This document shows, one piece after another, positions 17,876-27,300 of a stretch of DNA of 53,176 bases. The notes below the pieces were generated by a model. The model did no database searches, was not told the DNA's origin, and saw nothing but the letters and a program-made list of their open reading frames with translations. Source of the stretch: a virus (Duplodnaviria > Caudoviricetes). A program made the translations under genes and the position numbers. The stretch lies in IMG/VR virus record IMGVR_UViG_3300049172_000079, positions 1 through 53,176 of that record; one strand, given 5' to 3'. The first letter of the stretch is position 1, and every line of letters starts with the position of its first letter.

Positions 17876-18819
17876 GGTGTCCTCTCCAGAAGGTCGGCCA
17901 GGGCCGCGCACATGGGCAGGCCGGTCTCGTCCTCCAGCCAGTGCCACTGGCCGGAGGGGTTGCACTCCAGGAACCACCATCGGCCGTCCTCGCCGAGGGC
18001 AAAGTCGAAAGCCCCGAAAACGAGCTTGAAGCGGTTCATGTAGCGGTGGAGCGCCGGCCGGATTCCGGGCGGCGCCTCGACGGGTGTGTAGGTCAGGCGG
18101 CTGTAGTCGATGCGCCAGTCGAGGAGGCCGGAGTCGATGCGGACGCAGAACACTTCGCTGCCGATGACGGTCACCCGCACGTCGGCGACCTTCGGGACGC
18201 GCTGCTGGAACAGATGCGCCGTACCGGCCACCGCGTCGTCGATGTCCGCCTCGGACACCTCGGCGACCTTCACGGCGGACGAGACGCCGTCGACTCGGTA
18301 CACCGGGTTGCTCAGTGGCTTGTAGATGACCGAGCCGTGCGCCTTGATGAACTCGCGGGCAGCGTCGGGACTGGACGTGATGAGGGTGGGCGGCAGCAGG
18401 AACCCGGCACCAGCGGCCGCGGCCAGGCCGGACGGCTTGAATTCCGCGTCGCCGATGCGGTGCGGGTGGTTGACGTAGAGGCAGTCGGGCAGCGAGGCCA
18501 GGACCCCGCCGAGCCCGTACCGGGCCTGGGTGAGGGCGAACCGGGCGTCCTGCTCGTCGAGGTGCGGGAACGCGAAGCCGGTCGGCCGGCGGTAGTACAG
18601 GGCGCGCACGTTCGCGAGGTCCGCGGTGCGGGAGGGCGTGAGGAGACGGCCCTGTAGGCCGTGCTCGGTGATCTCGGCCTCAACCGACAGTGATGCGGGG
18701 AAGTCCCCCGGGTCGAGCCGCACGACCGGGACGCCCCGGCCGTGCAGCTCGCTGATCACCACGTCGGCGGTGGGGTCGTGCAGGCTGGTGACGACCAACA
18801 CCGGACGCGGATCAGTCAC
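17872..18819 (-). CDS. tgmB: ATP-grasp ribosomal peptide maturase (graspetide ligase)
   Basis: DPTADVV, YYRRP, AEFKP, PPTLITS, IYKP, FQQRVPK..DVRVTVIG, DWR, FGAFDF, FLECNPSGQW. Confidence 0.93.
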   Translation of the reverse strand: MTDPRPVLVVTSLHDPTADVVISELHGRGVPVVRLDPGDFPASLSVEAEITEHGLQGRLLTPSRTADLANVRALYYRRPTGFAFPHLDEQDARFALTQARYGLGGVLASLPDCLYVNHPHRIGDAEFKPSGLAAAAGAGFLLPPTLITSSPDAAREFIKAHGSVIYKPLSNPVYRVDGVSSAVKVAEVSEADIDDAVAGTAHLFQQRVPKVADVRVTVIGSEVFCVRIDSGLLDWRIDYSRLTYTPVEAPPGIRPALHRYMNRFKLVFGAFDFALGEDGRWWFLECNPSGQWHWLEDETGLPMCAALADLLERTP

Positions 18820-19103
18820 TGGTCGCTGTCGCTCCCGCTATCGGTGTCCCCGCCGCCCTGGCCGTCCGGGCTGGTGCCCGTCGACGGGCTCGTGCCGGTG
18901 GATGTGCCGTGCTTGCCCATCTCCAGCACCTGGCCGGCGCCGTCGTAGAACACGGCGGTCTGCGTGGCCGGGTCCAGCTCGGCCCGGGCGGCGGGCGCCA
19001 TGGTCGGGTAGGGGGCCATGCGGCCGAGACCCCACGGGCGGGCGGTGACGAGGCCCTGCGGGATGGCCGGGCTGGTCGGCATGCGATCGGAGTGGGCGAA
19101 CAT
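18816..19103 (-). CDS. tgmA: Graspetide precursor peptide
   Basis: AAGGAG RBS; leader RPWG and LDPATQT; core GTSTGTSPSTGTSPDGQGGGDTDSGSDSDQ. Confidence 0.9.
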   Translation of the reverse strand: MFAHSDRMPTSPAIPQGLVTARPWGLGRMAPYPTMAPAARAELDPATQTAVFYDGAGQVLEMGKHGTSTGTSPSTGTSPDGQGGGDTDSGSDSDQ

Positions 19104-19197
19104 ACCTCTCCTTCATGTCGTCGTGGTGGAGCGTGTAGACCCGCCCCGGGCCGGACCGTCCAAGGTGAGCGGCCCGAGGCGGGAGTCTTGGGGCAGG

Positions 19198-19359
19198 TCA
19201 GGTGCTGCGGCGTGCCTGCCGGTACTCCGCGGTCAGTCGGTCTCTGGTCTTGCAGGGGAGGTTGCGGTTCGCGCCCTGGGCGTCGATTGCCCGGCAGGTC
19301 GGGCAGGTCAGGCAGTGGTCCCACAGGGCGGCATGCTCGGGCGTCTCGGTGAGGATCAT
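19198..19359 (-). CDS. Small Cys/His-rich protein
   Basis: HCLTCPTC...C; coupled to the upstream gene. Confidence 0.55.
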   Translation of the reverse strand: MILTETPEHAALWDHCLTCPTCRAIDAQGANRNLPCKTRDRLTAEYRQARRST

Positions 19360-19694
19360 CGGTGCACCTCCAGCGCGAGGCGGCGCAGGGCGTGCCGGGT
19401 GTCGCACAGGATGGGGTTGTCGACGCACTGCTCGCAGGTGTTGGCGTGCGCGCCGTATGTGCGAAGCGCCGCAGCGCGGACGCAGTCAGGGCATCCGCGG
19501 GGAAAGAGGGTCACCCCGCCAGGCCCGGGCCGCTCACCGAGGTCGACAGCTGTCTCGATGGTGAGCCGAGTCTGGCACCACACGCAGGCCGCCCCGCGGG
19601 CCTGTAACGCCGACAGGCCGGGCGACTTGGGGAGGGGCAGCAGGCCTGGTGCGTCGACATCAGCGCTGCTGCTGGTGCGTGTCTCCCCTGGCAC
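19356..19694 (-). CDS. Cys-rich hypothetical protein with a TTA codon
   Basis: GGAGG RBS before GTG; CVWC, CPDC, H..TC..C; TTA at 19607-19605. Confidence 0.65.
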   Translation of the reverse strand: MPGETRTSSSADVDAPGLLPLPKSPGLSALQARGAACVWCQTRLTIETAVDLGERPGPGGVTLFPRGCPDCVRAAALRTYGAHANTCEQCVDNPILCDTRHALRRLALEVHR

Positions 19695-19760
19695 GAGGGC
19701 CTCCACGGTCGCGGTGATCCGTCTCACACCAACGACCGTAGGAGCGGGCAACAGGCGAAA

Positions 19761-19780
19761 CGCTCACAGATCTGTGAGCG
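19761..19780. promoter_or_regulatory. Perfect 20-bp palindrome CGCTCACAGATCTGTGAGCG (putative operator)
   Basis: Exact palindrome plus an extra TGTGAGCG half-site at 19781; upstream of a minus-strand TACGGT -10-like box (19735-19740). Confidence 0.7.
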
Positions 19781-19792
19781 TGTGAGCGTCAG

Positions 19793-20977
19793 CTACAGGC
19801 CGACCCAAGCCGCCATGTGGTTCAGCGTGTCCGGCGTCCTCCGTGCCAGGTGCACCAGCCCGCTGATCGTCTCTCGGGCACCCGGGTGGTACCGGGTCTG
19901 TTCCGGCGCCGCGTGCCGGGCATCAACCAACGACCGCAACGCCGCCTCGGTGTACCCGGTCTCCATCTCCGTGCGGGCCCGGTCGATGAAGAAGTGCGCG
20001 CGCCTGCTGGCAGCAAGCGACGGCGGAAGGTTGATCTTGCGGGCCTGCTTCAGCGCCGCGTCGTAGTGCCGCATCTCCACAGCCGCCGACATCCGGTGCA
20101 GCGCCACGTTGGTCGGCCCGAACGACAGCCAGTGGACGCCGGAGGCGTCACCGATCCTCTTCGCGATCTGCCGGGCTTCCGAGATGTGGCTGACGACGGT
20201 GCTCGTCTGCCGGGCCCGGGCCGCGATGACGGAGGCGCCGAGATGCAGTTGCCCGGTCACTGCGCAGGCTTCACGGGTCTGCTCGGCCTGCGCGACGGTG
20301 GTGTGCCCGGACGTGATGAGACGCTGGCCGATTCCGTACTCGCCCTCCCGGAAGTACACCAACGCCCGCATGTACTGGCGGACCGCTGCGATACATGGGT
20401 CCGAGGCCCGCTCGGCAGCCCAGCCCATACGGTCCAACGCGACGGCGGCGAGGTCGTAGTAGCCGAGCTTCACGCTGATGTCGTGCGCGGTTCGGTACGT
20501 CGAGGCGAGCGCCTGCCACAGCCTCGTCGATGGAGTGTCCCAGGCCGTGTGAGTCAGCTCGGCGATCACCCCCGGGAGCGCGCGGGCGGCGTTACGCAGG
20601 TGGGTGGCGCGCACCTCTGCGCACAGCTTGTCGGCTGCGGCGATGAGCTCGGCCGCCGGCCGCACGCTCAGTTCCGGATTCACTCCAAGGTCGTACAGAT
20701 CAAGGGCTTCGCGGATGGGGCGTACCAGCTCGGCGAGCCGGTCGCGCTGCAATTCGGTCACGTAGGGCTGTCCCGTCAGGACGGTGACGTCGACCTTGAG
20801 GGCGTGCGCGACGGCGGCGATGAAGTCGGCGGTCGCGGGCCGGGCTCCGCACTCCACTTGGTTGAGCAGGCTGTACGAGTAGGGGAGGCGGTCGGCGAGC
20901 TCGCGTTGTGTGAGCCTGGCCAGTCTGCGTTGTTCCCTGATGCGGGTACCCGTGTGGTCGTCGTCGAGGTTGGGCAT
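19793..20977 (-). CDS. XRE-family regulator with large helical C-terminal domain
   Basis: GTRIREQRRLARLTQRELA...LLNQVECG; C-terminal FGPTNV..H and APEQTRYHP; GAGGAG RBS. Confidence 0.88.
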   Translation of the reverse strand: MPNLDDDHTGTRIREQRRLARLTQRELADRLPYSYSLLNQVECGARPATADFIAAVAHALKVDVTVLTGQPYVTELQRDRLAELVRPIREALDLYDLGVNPELSVRPAAELIAAADKLCAEVRATHLRNAARALPGVIAELTHTAWDTPSTRLWQALASTYRTAHDISVKLGYYDLAAVALDRMGWAAERASDPCIAAVRQYMRALVYFREGEYGIGQRLITSGHTTVAQAEQTREACAVTGQLHLGASVIAARARQTSTVVSHISEARQIAKRIGDASGVHWLSFGPTNVALHRMSAAVEMRHYDAALKQARKINLPPSLAASRRAHFFIDRARTEMETGYTEAALRSLVDARHAAPEQTRYHPGARETISGLVHLARRTPDTLNHMAAWVGL

Positions 20978-21096
20978 ACTGGTCTCCTCGTTCCTTGCAG
21001 CCACTTGGAACGGTACCCGTGCTCAGGCGCGCGGGGCAGGCGTCCGCCCCCGACTCCTTCCGGAGCGGGGGCGGTTGCATGTGATCGGATGGCGCC

Positions 21097-21642
21097 ATGA
21101 CCTCTCGTGTGCTGTACCTCTTTGGTTCCGCGGCCCCTCCTGTCTTCGACATTGCGTCCGTGATTGAGGACGCGCAGCGGCGCGGCTTCGACGTGTGTCT
21201 CGGTCTCACCCCGACCGCGAACCGCTGGCTCGGCGGCACGCTCCCCGAGCTGGAGCGCCTTACCGGGCATCCGGTGCGGTCCGAGTACAAGCTGCCCGGT
21301 GAGCCCGACGTGTGGCCCAAGGCCGACGTCATCTTGGTGGCGCCGGCCACCTTCAACACGGTGAACGCGTGGGCGCTCGGGCTGACGCACGACTTCGTTG
21401 TCGGTGTCGTCGCGGAAGGGGTCGGCAAGGGCATCCCGATGGTGGCGATGCCGTGCGTGAACGCGGCGTACGTGCAGCATCGGCAGTTCGAGCGGAGCGT
21501 GGGCGAGCTGCGGGAGATGGGCGTGGAGGTGCTTTACGGAGAGGGCGGCTTCGTGCCGAACCAGCCGGGCCAAGGCCAGCCGAAGGAGTACCCGTGGCGT
21601 CTCGCGCTTGATGCGGTCGAGCGGGTTGTGGCGGGCCCGTAG
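21097..21642 (+). CDS. HFCD-family flavoprotein
   Basis: LFGSAA, TPTA, DVILVAPATFNTVN, PCVN. Confidence 0.85.
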   Translation: MTSRVLYLFGSAAPPVFDIASVIEDAQRRGFDVCLGLTPTANRWLGGTLPELERLTGHPVRSEYKLPGEPDVWPKADVILVAPATFNTVNAWALGLTHDFVVGVVAEGVGKGIPMVAMPCVNAAYVQHRQFERSVGELREMGVEVLYGEGGFVPNQPGQGQPKEYPWRLALDAVERVVAGP

Positions 21643-21651
21643 TCTTGATCC

Positions 21652-21843
21652 ATGTCCCCCGATTCCGTGACCGCTGGTTCCGTGCGGTCTGCTGACGACC
21701 TGAACCGGGCGATCCGCGCGTTGTGGCTGGGCCCGGGCGGGCATCCCGCGGTTCGGCTCGATGACGAGCGGCGGGAGGAGTACGCGCGGTTGTGCGCCGA
21801 GCTCCGGGCCGTTGAACGCGGGGATGTCACCACCGCGGCATGA
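21652..21843 (+). CDS. Small hypothetical protein
   Basis: TAGTCT-N6-ATG leaderless start; RSADDLNRAIRALW. Confidence 0.6.
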   Translation: MSPDSVTAGSVRSADDLNRAIRALWLGPGGHPAVRLDDERREEYARLCAELRAVERGDVTTAA

Positions 21844-22092
21844 CGGAGGGCCGTTGCCCGTCGGCTCCGGCCCTCCTATCCACTAGCCGCGTTCGCGAGC
21901 CAAACGGTGGACACGTCCGGCGCACGGGCGTCTCAGGCCAGGCGGCTACCACCAGCATGGCAGAGGGCCCCGCTCGCCGTAGCGAACGAGGCCCTCACGC
22001 GCGGCCGTCCCGGTACAGTGAGCGGGCGCCCGGGTCCTTGGTGGGTCCCCAAGCGAACGCCCCCGGGGTGGTGCCCGGGGGCGCCTTGCTGC

Positions 22093-22299
22093 TCAGCCGA
22101 GGATGTGCGCGAGGTACCAGACCCCAAACCCGGTCCAGGCCACGGCGAACGCGATCGCCCCCGCCTTGGTGTGCACCCGGAACCAGCGGCGGGTCGACTC
22201 GCTGAGCGTGTCGCCCTCCCGTGCGTTGCGGAGCGCGTACACCTCGAACCCGGCACCCGCCAGGATCAGGCCGCCCCACACCGCGTCCCCGGCGTTCAC
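22093..22299 (-). CDS. Small two-TM membrane protein (lysis region)
   Basis: Two hydrophobic segments; coupled. Confidence 0.6.
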   Translation of the reverse strand: MNAGDAVWGGLILAGAGFEVYALRNAREGDTLSESTRRWFRVHTKAGAIAFAVAWTGFGVWYLAHILG

Positions 22300-22547
22300 C
22301 GGCCTGCCGCCTGCCAGAGGGCGACACCCAGCGAGCCCATGGCCGTCAGCACCGCCACGGCGGGCAGCGGCCACCGGTTCTTCTCGATCGCGTCGAGCCG
22401 CGCCTCGTGATCGTCCAGCTTCTTGTCCGTCTGCTCGCCGCGCTGCACGAGTAGAGCGAGCTGCCCATCCACCCTGATGAACCCCGACTCGCAGGTCCCC
22501 CTCAGCCGCTCCAACTCCAGCGCGACAGACGTCTCCGGCGGCGTCAC
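22296..22547 (-). CDS. Coiled-coil protein with C-terminal TM (lysis accessory)
   Basis: Coupled to the holin; ...EARLDAIEKNRWP then a TM segment. Confidence 0.65.
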   Translation of the reverse strand: MTPPETSVALELERLRGTCESGFIRVDGQLALLVQRGEQTDKKLDDHEARLDAIEKNRWPLPAVAVLTAMGSLGVALWQAAGR

Positions 22548-22783
22548 TCCCGCACCGCCGTGTCACCGCCGTCGGTCCGCAGCCACGACGGCAGCAGCCC
22601 CTGTACCGACGGCAGCGCCATCACCCGGGCGAACCCGCCAGCCACCGCCAGCGCACCCGCCACCCACGGCAGGGCCTCCGGCACCCCGGACGCGGACACG
22701 ATCCCCGGCAGCGCCACGGCGGTACCGACCGCGGTCTGGAGCACCGTGCGTGCTACGCGCTTCGATTCATCCTTCATGGTCAT
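22544..22783 (-). CDS. Holin
   Basis: KRVARTVLQT, two TM segments, LLPSWLR; directly after the endolysin. Confidence 0.7.
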   Translation of the reverse strand: MTMKDESKRVARTVLQTAVGTAVALPGIVSASGVPEALPWVAGALAVAGGFARVMALPSVQGLLPSWLRTDGGDTAVRE

Positions 22784-23505
22784 CCCTTCTCCAGCGCAGT
22801 CACGCGCTTCTCCAGCGAGGACAGACGGTCCTCGACACTCGGTACCGGCGTCGGCTTCGGAGCCAGCGGCTTGGGCGCCGGCGGCTTCACCACGCCCGGC
22901 GACCACGACGCGGCGTGCTTCAGCCGCTCGGCGACACGGCTGCGCAGCTTGCCCATGTCCACACCCGCCGGATCCGGCTTGCCCGGCTGCCACTCCTTGT
23001 GGGCGATGACCGACTCGGCATGCCATCCGTGGGCGCGGCAGAGCGCGGCCGAGACCCGCACCATCGCCTCGACCTGGGCCGCTGGCCAGTCCTGCCCGCC
23101 ACCCGTGTTGATGGCTTCGAAGCCGTAGAAGTGCCGGTTGCCGTCGGTGTTCGCCTCGTTGTCGACGGGCAGCTTGGTCTCCGCCACGACAGCGTCGAGG
23201 ACGTCGTCATCCCCGCTCCCGGCGTGGTTGGCGCGGCCGTAGCCGACGAGATGCACGGTGCCGGAGCGGTCGATGACGCCGTGGCACAGCGGGCCGGGCA
23301 GTCCGGAGTAGCCCTTACGGCACAGCTCGACCATGCCCTTCTCCGTGGAGTACGGGCCGGTGTGATGCTGCATGATGCCGTTCACCGGGCCCCACGGCCC
23401 TTTGCTGTTTCGGTTGTGGGTCTCCCAGGCGCCAACCTCAAAGACCTTCACGCCCTCAGCGCGAAGGGCGGCGGCGAACCGGGCAGCCGTCAGTGGTGTG
23501 GCCAT
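22780..23505 (-). CDS. Endolysin, N-acetylmuramoyl-L-alanine amidase (Amidase_2)
   Basis: GIMQHHT, LPGPLCH, GRANHAG, FYGFE, IAHKEW...KPDP. Confidence 0.92.
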   Translation of the reverse strand: MATPLTAARFAAALRAEGVKVFEVGAWETHNRNSKGPWGPVNGIMQHHTGPYSTEKGMVELCRKGYSGLPGPLCHGVIDRSGTVHLVGYGRANHAGSGDDDVLDAVVAETKLPVDNEANTDGNRHFYGFEAINTGGGQDWPAAQVEAMVRVSAALCRAHGWHAESVIAHKEWQPGKPDPAGVDMGKLRSRVAERLKHAASWSPGVVKPPAPKPLAPKPTPVPSVEDRLSSLEKRVTALEKG

Positions 23506-23508
23506 GGC

Positions 23509-23778
23509 CTACTCTCCCGTCTCTGTGATCTGCCGTTGCACGGTCGTCGTCTGCTCGAACCGCAGGTCCAGCGACCAGCCGTCCGCCTTCAGCGCGTCGT
23601 GCAGGACGCCGTACCAGCTGAGGAGGTCCTCGTCCGTGGGCGTCGGCCCCTCCACGATCACCGACGCCTGCAACGACATCTGCGCCGAACCCCCCGGGAT
23701 CCCCTTCTGGGCCGTGATCAGCAGCGGCGTGCGGTGCGAGAACACGGCCGGTGTCGGATCTGTCCACTTCAAGGCCAT
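23509..23778 (-). CDS. Hypothetical protein
   Basis: 89-aa ORF with RBS between tail and lysis genes. Confidence 0.6.
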   Translation of the reverse strand: MALKWTDPTPAVFSHRTPLLITAQKGIPGGSAQMSLQASVIVEGPTPTDEDLLSWYGVLHDALKADGWSLDLRFEQTTTVQRQITETGE

Positions 23779-23791
23779 CGTGTGCCCCCTT

Positions 23792-24331
23792 CTATGCGAG
23801 TCGTCGGATGTGCATGGAGGAACCGGCCCCCACGCGGGTGGCGGTGGCGTTGGACGTGAACTGCGCCCACATCAGGGCGAGCGTCCCGGCTGTGCTGCTG
23901 GTTGTGACGATGCCCTCTTCGATCGCCAGGGCCTGGTTGGTGGCGGAGGCGCGGGTGCCGTACCGGACTGTCGTGCCGAAGCCGTGGACGCCCGAGCGGT
24001 GGTAGCCGCCGTTCGCGGCCTGCGCCGTCGCGACGCCGGATGAGGCGAGCTCGTACGCGGCGCCGTTCGCGGACCGGTTCCCAGTGGAGCCGGTGGGGAC
24101 CGCCCACTGCGTTTGGAACTGCGGGGTCTCGGTCGCGGCGAAGTGGATGTACATGGTGACGTGGTAGACGGCGTTCGCCTCCAACGTCGCCGTCAAGTCG
24201 GTGTCGTTGGCGAGGGTCGTCGTGGACGCCCGGTCCTCGTTGGTGTTCTTCACGATGACGTCGGGCAGCATCGCTTGCAGCAGCGTGCCGGTGAGGCGCT
24301 GGCCCGCGTAGATCGACGGGTAACGAGACAC
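23792..24331 (-). CDS. Minor tail / tail-tip protein
   Basis: YAGQRLTGTLL N-terminus; beta-rich; follows the large tail gene. Confidence 0.65.
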   Translation of the reverse strand: MSRYPSIYAGQRLTGTLLQAMLPDVIVKNTNEDRASTTTLANDTDLTATLEANAVYHVTMYIHFAATETPQFQTQWAVPTGSTGNRSANGAAYELASSGVATAQAANGGYHRSGVHGFGTTVRYGTRASATNQALAIEEGIVTTSSTAGTLALMWAQFTSNATATRVGAGSSMHIRRLA

Positions 24332-24340
24332 GCGAGCCTC

Positions 24341-27300
24341 CTACAGGGATGTGTATGCGGGGTGGGCCAGCGCCACCGCGGCGCCGGAAGAGTGGGTCTT
24401 GGAGATGCCGTTCATGGAGCGGACGACGGTCATGGTCTGCGGATTGATCAACTCGAAGTTCTGGAAGCGCATGCTCAACCCGGCGTTGGTGTTGCCGGTG
24501 TTCCGGAAGCTGCGGGTGCCAATGTTCGCGGCTGCGGTCAGGTCGGTGTCGGTGACGGAGATCCGCCACACGTCCGGCTCCTGGTCCGTCGTCCGCCAGA
24601 TCTTCGTGCGGATCGTCGACCCGAACGCCTGCAACCTCACCCGCACATAGGACCCGGCGACGTGGGTGATCGGCGTGGTGTACGTGCCTAGCTGCGTCTC
24701 AACGCCCGCCACCCGCTTCCGCAGAGTGATCGCGATGGTGTTCGACGTGGTGAAGTCGACCCGCGCCGAGTAGTGGTTGTTGTTGTCGGCGGCGCGGACG
24801 ATCGGCCCCGTGAACAGGCTCGCCCCGGTAGCGAGCGCCGACACCGCACAGTCGACGACCAGGTCGACGTCCGCCGACGGCGCCGGCTGCAGCGTGAGGT
24901 GCGCGATGCCCGTGGACGGCTGCGCGACCGAGCCGACGTTCGGGGCGGTGCTGTAGTCCGCGGCCGTGCCCACCACCGTCCAGGCGCCGCCGGACTCCGC
25001 CGTACCCCAGCCCGCCGCCGTCGTCCGGTCGAAGGTGTCGTAGACGGCCGGGGTGCAGGCGTCGACGCGCATGGTCTCGCCGCCCACCCGCACCTCGAAC
25101 GGGAACTCCTGCGGCAGCTCCGTCGAGATGGTGGGTCGGAGGGTGACCATGTCCGACCAGAGGATCTCGTCCGGCGTGGGGAAGTCGGGCACGGTCGGTG
25201 AGCCGTTTCCGAACGCGGCACCGGCCGGGGCGGTAGCGGTGGTCTCGAACCACGTCCACTCGTCAGCGACGAGCGCCTGCCCGTTCGCCGAGGTGGAAAG
25301 GTAGTTGCCGCCCGCGTCGAACCAGTTCAGGTTGAGGTCCACGCTGCGGGTGGTCTCGGACATCTGCCAGCCGGACAGGGTGTAGTCGCGGCCCTCGGTG
25401 ACGGGCACCATCGTGGCGCCCACGTTGGGGAACTCGGCGACGCCATCCGGGGTGAGCTTGAGCGACCACTCGCCACCGAAGGGCGCGTTACCCGGGGTTG
25501 GGCCGCGCTCGGCGGTGCAGCCGTTGCCCGTCCAGCCGGTCAGGTCGACCTCGAAGTCGTAGTTCGTGATGAGCGACGGCGCCGCCTGGACCCACACGGG
25601 GCCCGTCGTGGTCCGTACGCCGACCGCCGTCTCGGACGTGGTGAGGTCCTCGACGAGGACACTGCCGTCGGTGTCCACTCGGTCGTACACGCCGTCCGAG
25701 CCGAGCGCCTCCACTGCCACATGCCATGGCCCGTACGGCGTCGCGTTGAAGTCGATCGTCCACGTGAACTGGTCGAACACCTCGCTGTACCCCTGGACCA
25801 TGAGCTCGATCAGGTCCGGCGGCAGCCAGGACGGCGGGTTGGCGATGTCCATGCGGTCGCCGATGTCCACGCTGGTCGCGGCCTCGATCATGTGCGGGGC
25901 CGCCGCCAGATTCACCCGCACCACCGGGTAGCGGGTCTCATCCCACGTGCCGAGGTGCAGCAGCCAGCCGGCGTGCTCGCCGGTCTGCGCGTCCGTGTAC
26001 AGGCTGCGGGTCTGCGAGTCGTCGTAGCGGCCGACGCCGTTCGGCGGGGCCTGCGTCGACAGCGCCCCCGTGTCCAAGGTCCGGCGCGTCGACGAGCCGC
26101 CCGTGCGTTGCACGGTCCGGTCGTTGCGCACGGATTGGTCGTCGTCGACCGGGTCCAGCGGCGTGACGAGGCCGTCGTCGCCCGTGTAGTCCAACGTCAT
26201 GGCCGGGGCCTGGTTGTACATGCTGGGCCGATCCCGGAACCGGAATGCCGGGTACCAGTCGCGGGATTCGTGGAGGATGCCCTCGTCGGCGTCCGCCGCC
26301 TCCCGCATCAGATCGAGGATCGCCGACAGGCCCTGCGCGCCCATCTGCTCCTCGCTGATCGACGCGGCGAAGCAAGGCGTCAACTCCTCCACGCCAAGCC
26401 GGTACAGACGCTCTGACGTGACCTCACCGGCCCACGCGACCATCGCGCCGATCGTGTCCGCGAACGCCGAGTTGCTGCTGGCCACAGTGACATGACCAAG
26501 CGCCGTGCCGTTCAGCAGGCCGCTGAACCCGAGCCGCGCTTCGGTGGCCGCCCCGATCGTGTTCGCCGCCAAGGTCGTGGCGACGCCGCCGCTGACGATC
26601 TCCTCCAGGCTCGACTCGTCGACGTAGAACACGAACAGCGTCGCGTCCACATCGGCGCCGTCCTGCGTCAGCTCAACACCGATCTGGACGTTCTTCCCGT
26701 TGATCGCGACCGGGTCAAACCCCGTCGCGATGATCTGCGTACCGTCCGAGTCGTACGCCCGCAGGTCCAAGTCCCCAGCCGTGTTGATCCACACCGCCCA
26801 GCTGCGCGCCGTCCCCGTCGTGACGATCGTGAACAGCCTGTCCGTGCCCGTCACACCAGCCGCAGGGACCGCAGCGAAGAACCGCGTGAAGACGTAGTTG
26901 GTCGCCGTGTACGGGGCCACCGCCACCCGTGTCGTCCCGAACGAGAACGTCGGCAGCGGAGCAGACGCCGCCCAGCCCGAGTACGCCGCCGGAGCCACCC
27001 CACCCGACGACGGGATCACCATGGCGGGCTGACCGTCCAGGCCAGACGCGAAGCGAGTAGCGCCGCTCTCGTCCTCCATGGGCCAGTAGGAGACGATCCC
27101 CGTACGGCCGGCGTTGGTGAACTCGCGGAACATCGGAGACCGCGCCGGGCTGGCGCCTTGGGAGAGGCGCCGCATGATGCCGGATGCTTCGACGTTGCAG
27201 ACGACGTCGTGCTTGGTCTCCCAGCGGGTCGACCAGGACGAGACTTCGCCGACGAATCGGGTCCGCCGGTTGGTGATCTGGCTGTTGCCGCTCATGGTCC

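Noticed and set aside
21097-21642. Flavoprotein as an AviCys-forming RiPP decarboxylase
   Set aside because: The precursor has no Cys and no dehydratase is present.
22775-22783. Holin Met-Thr-Met as a lambda-style dual start
   Set aside because: The extension adds no positive charge, and the same MTM occurs in the tail chaperone.
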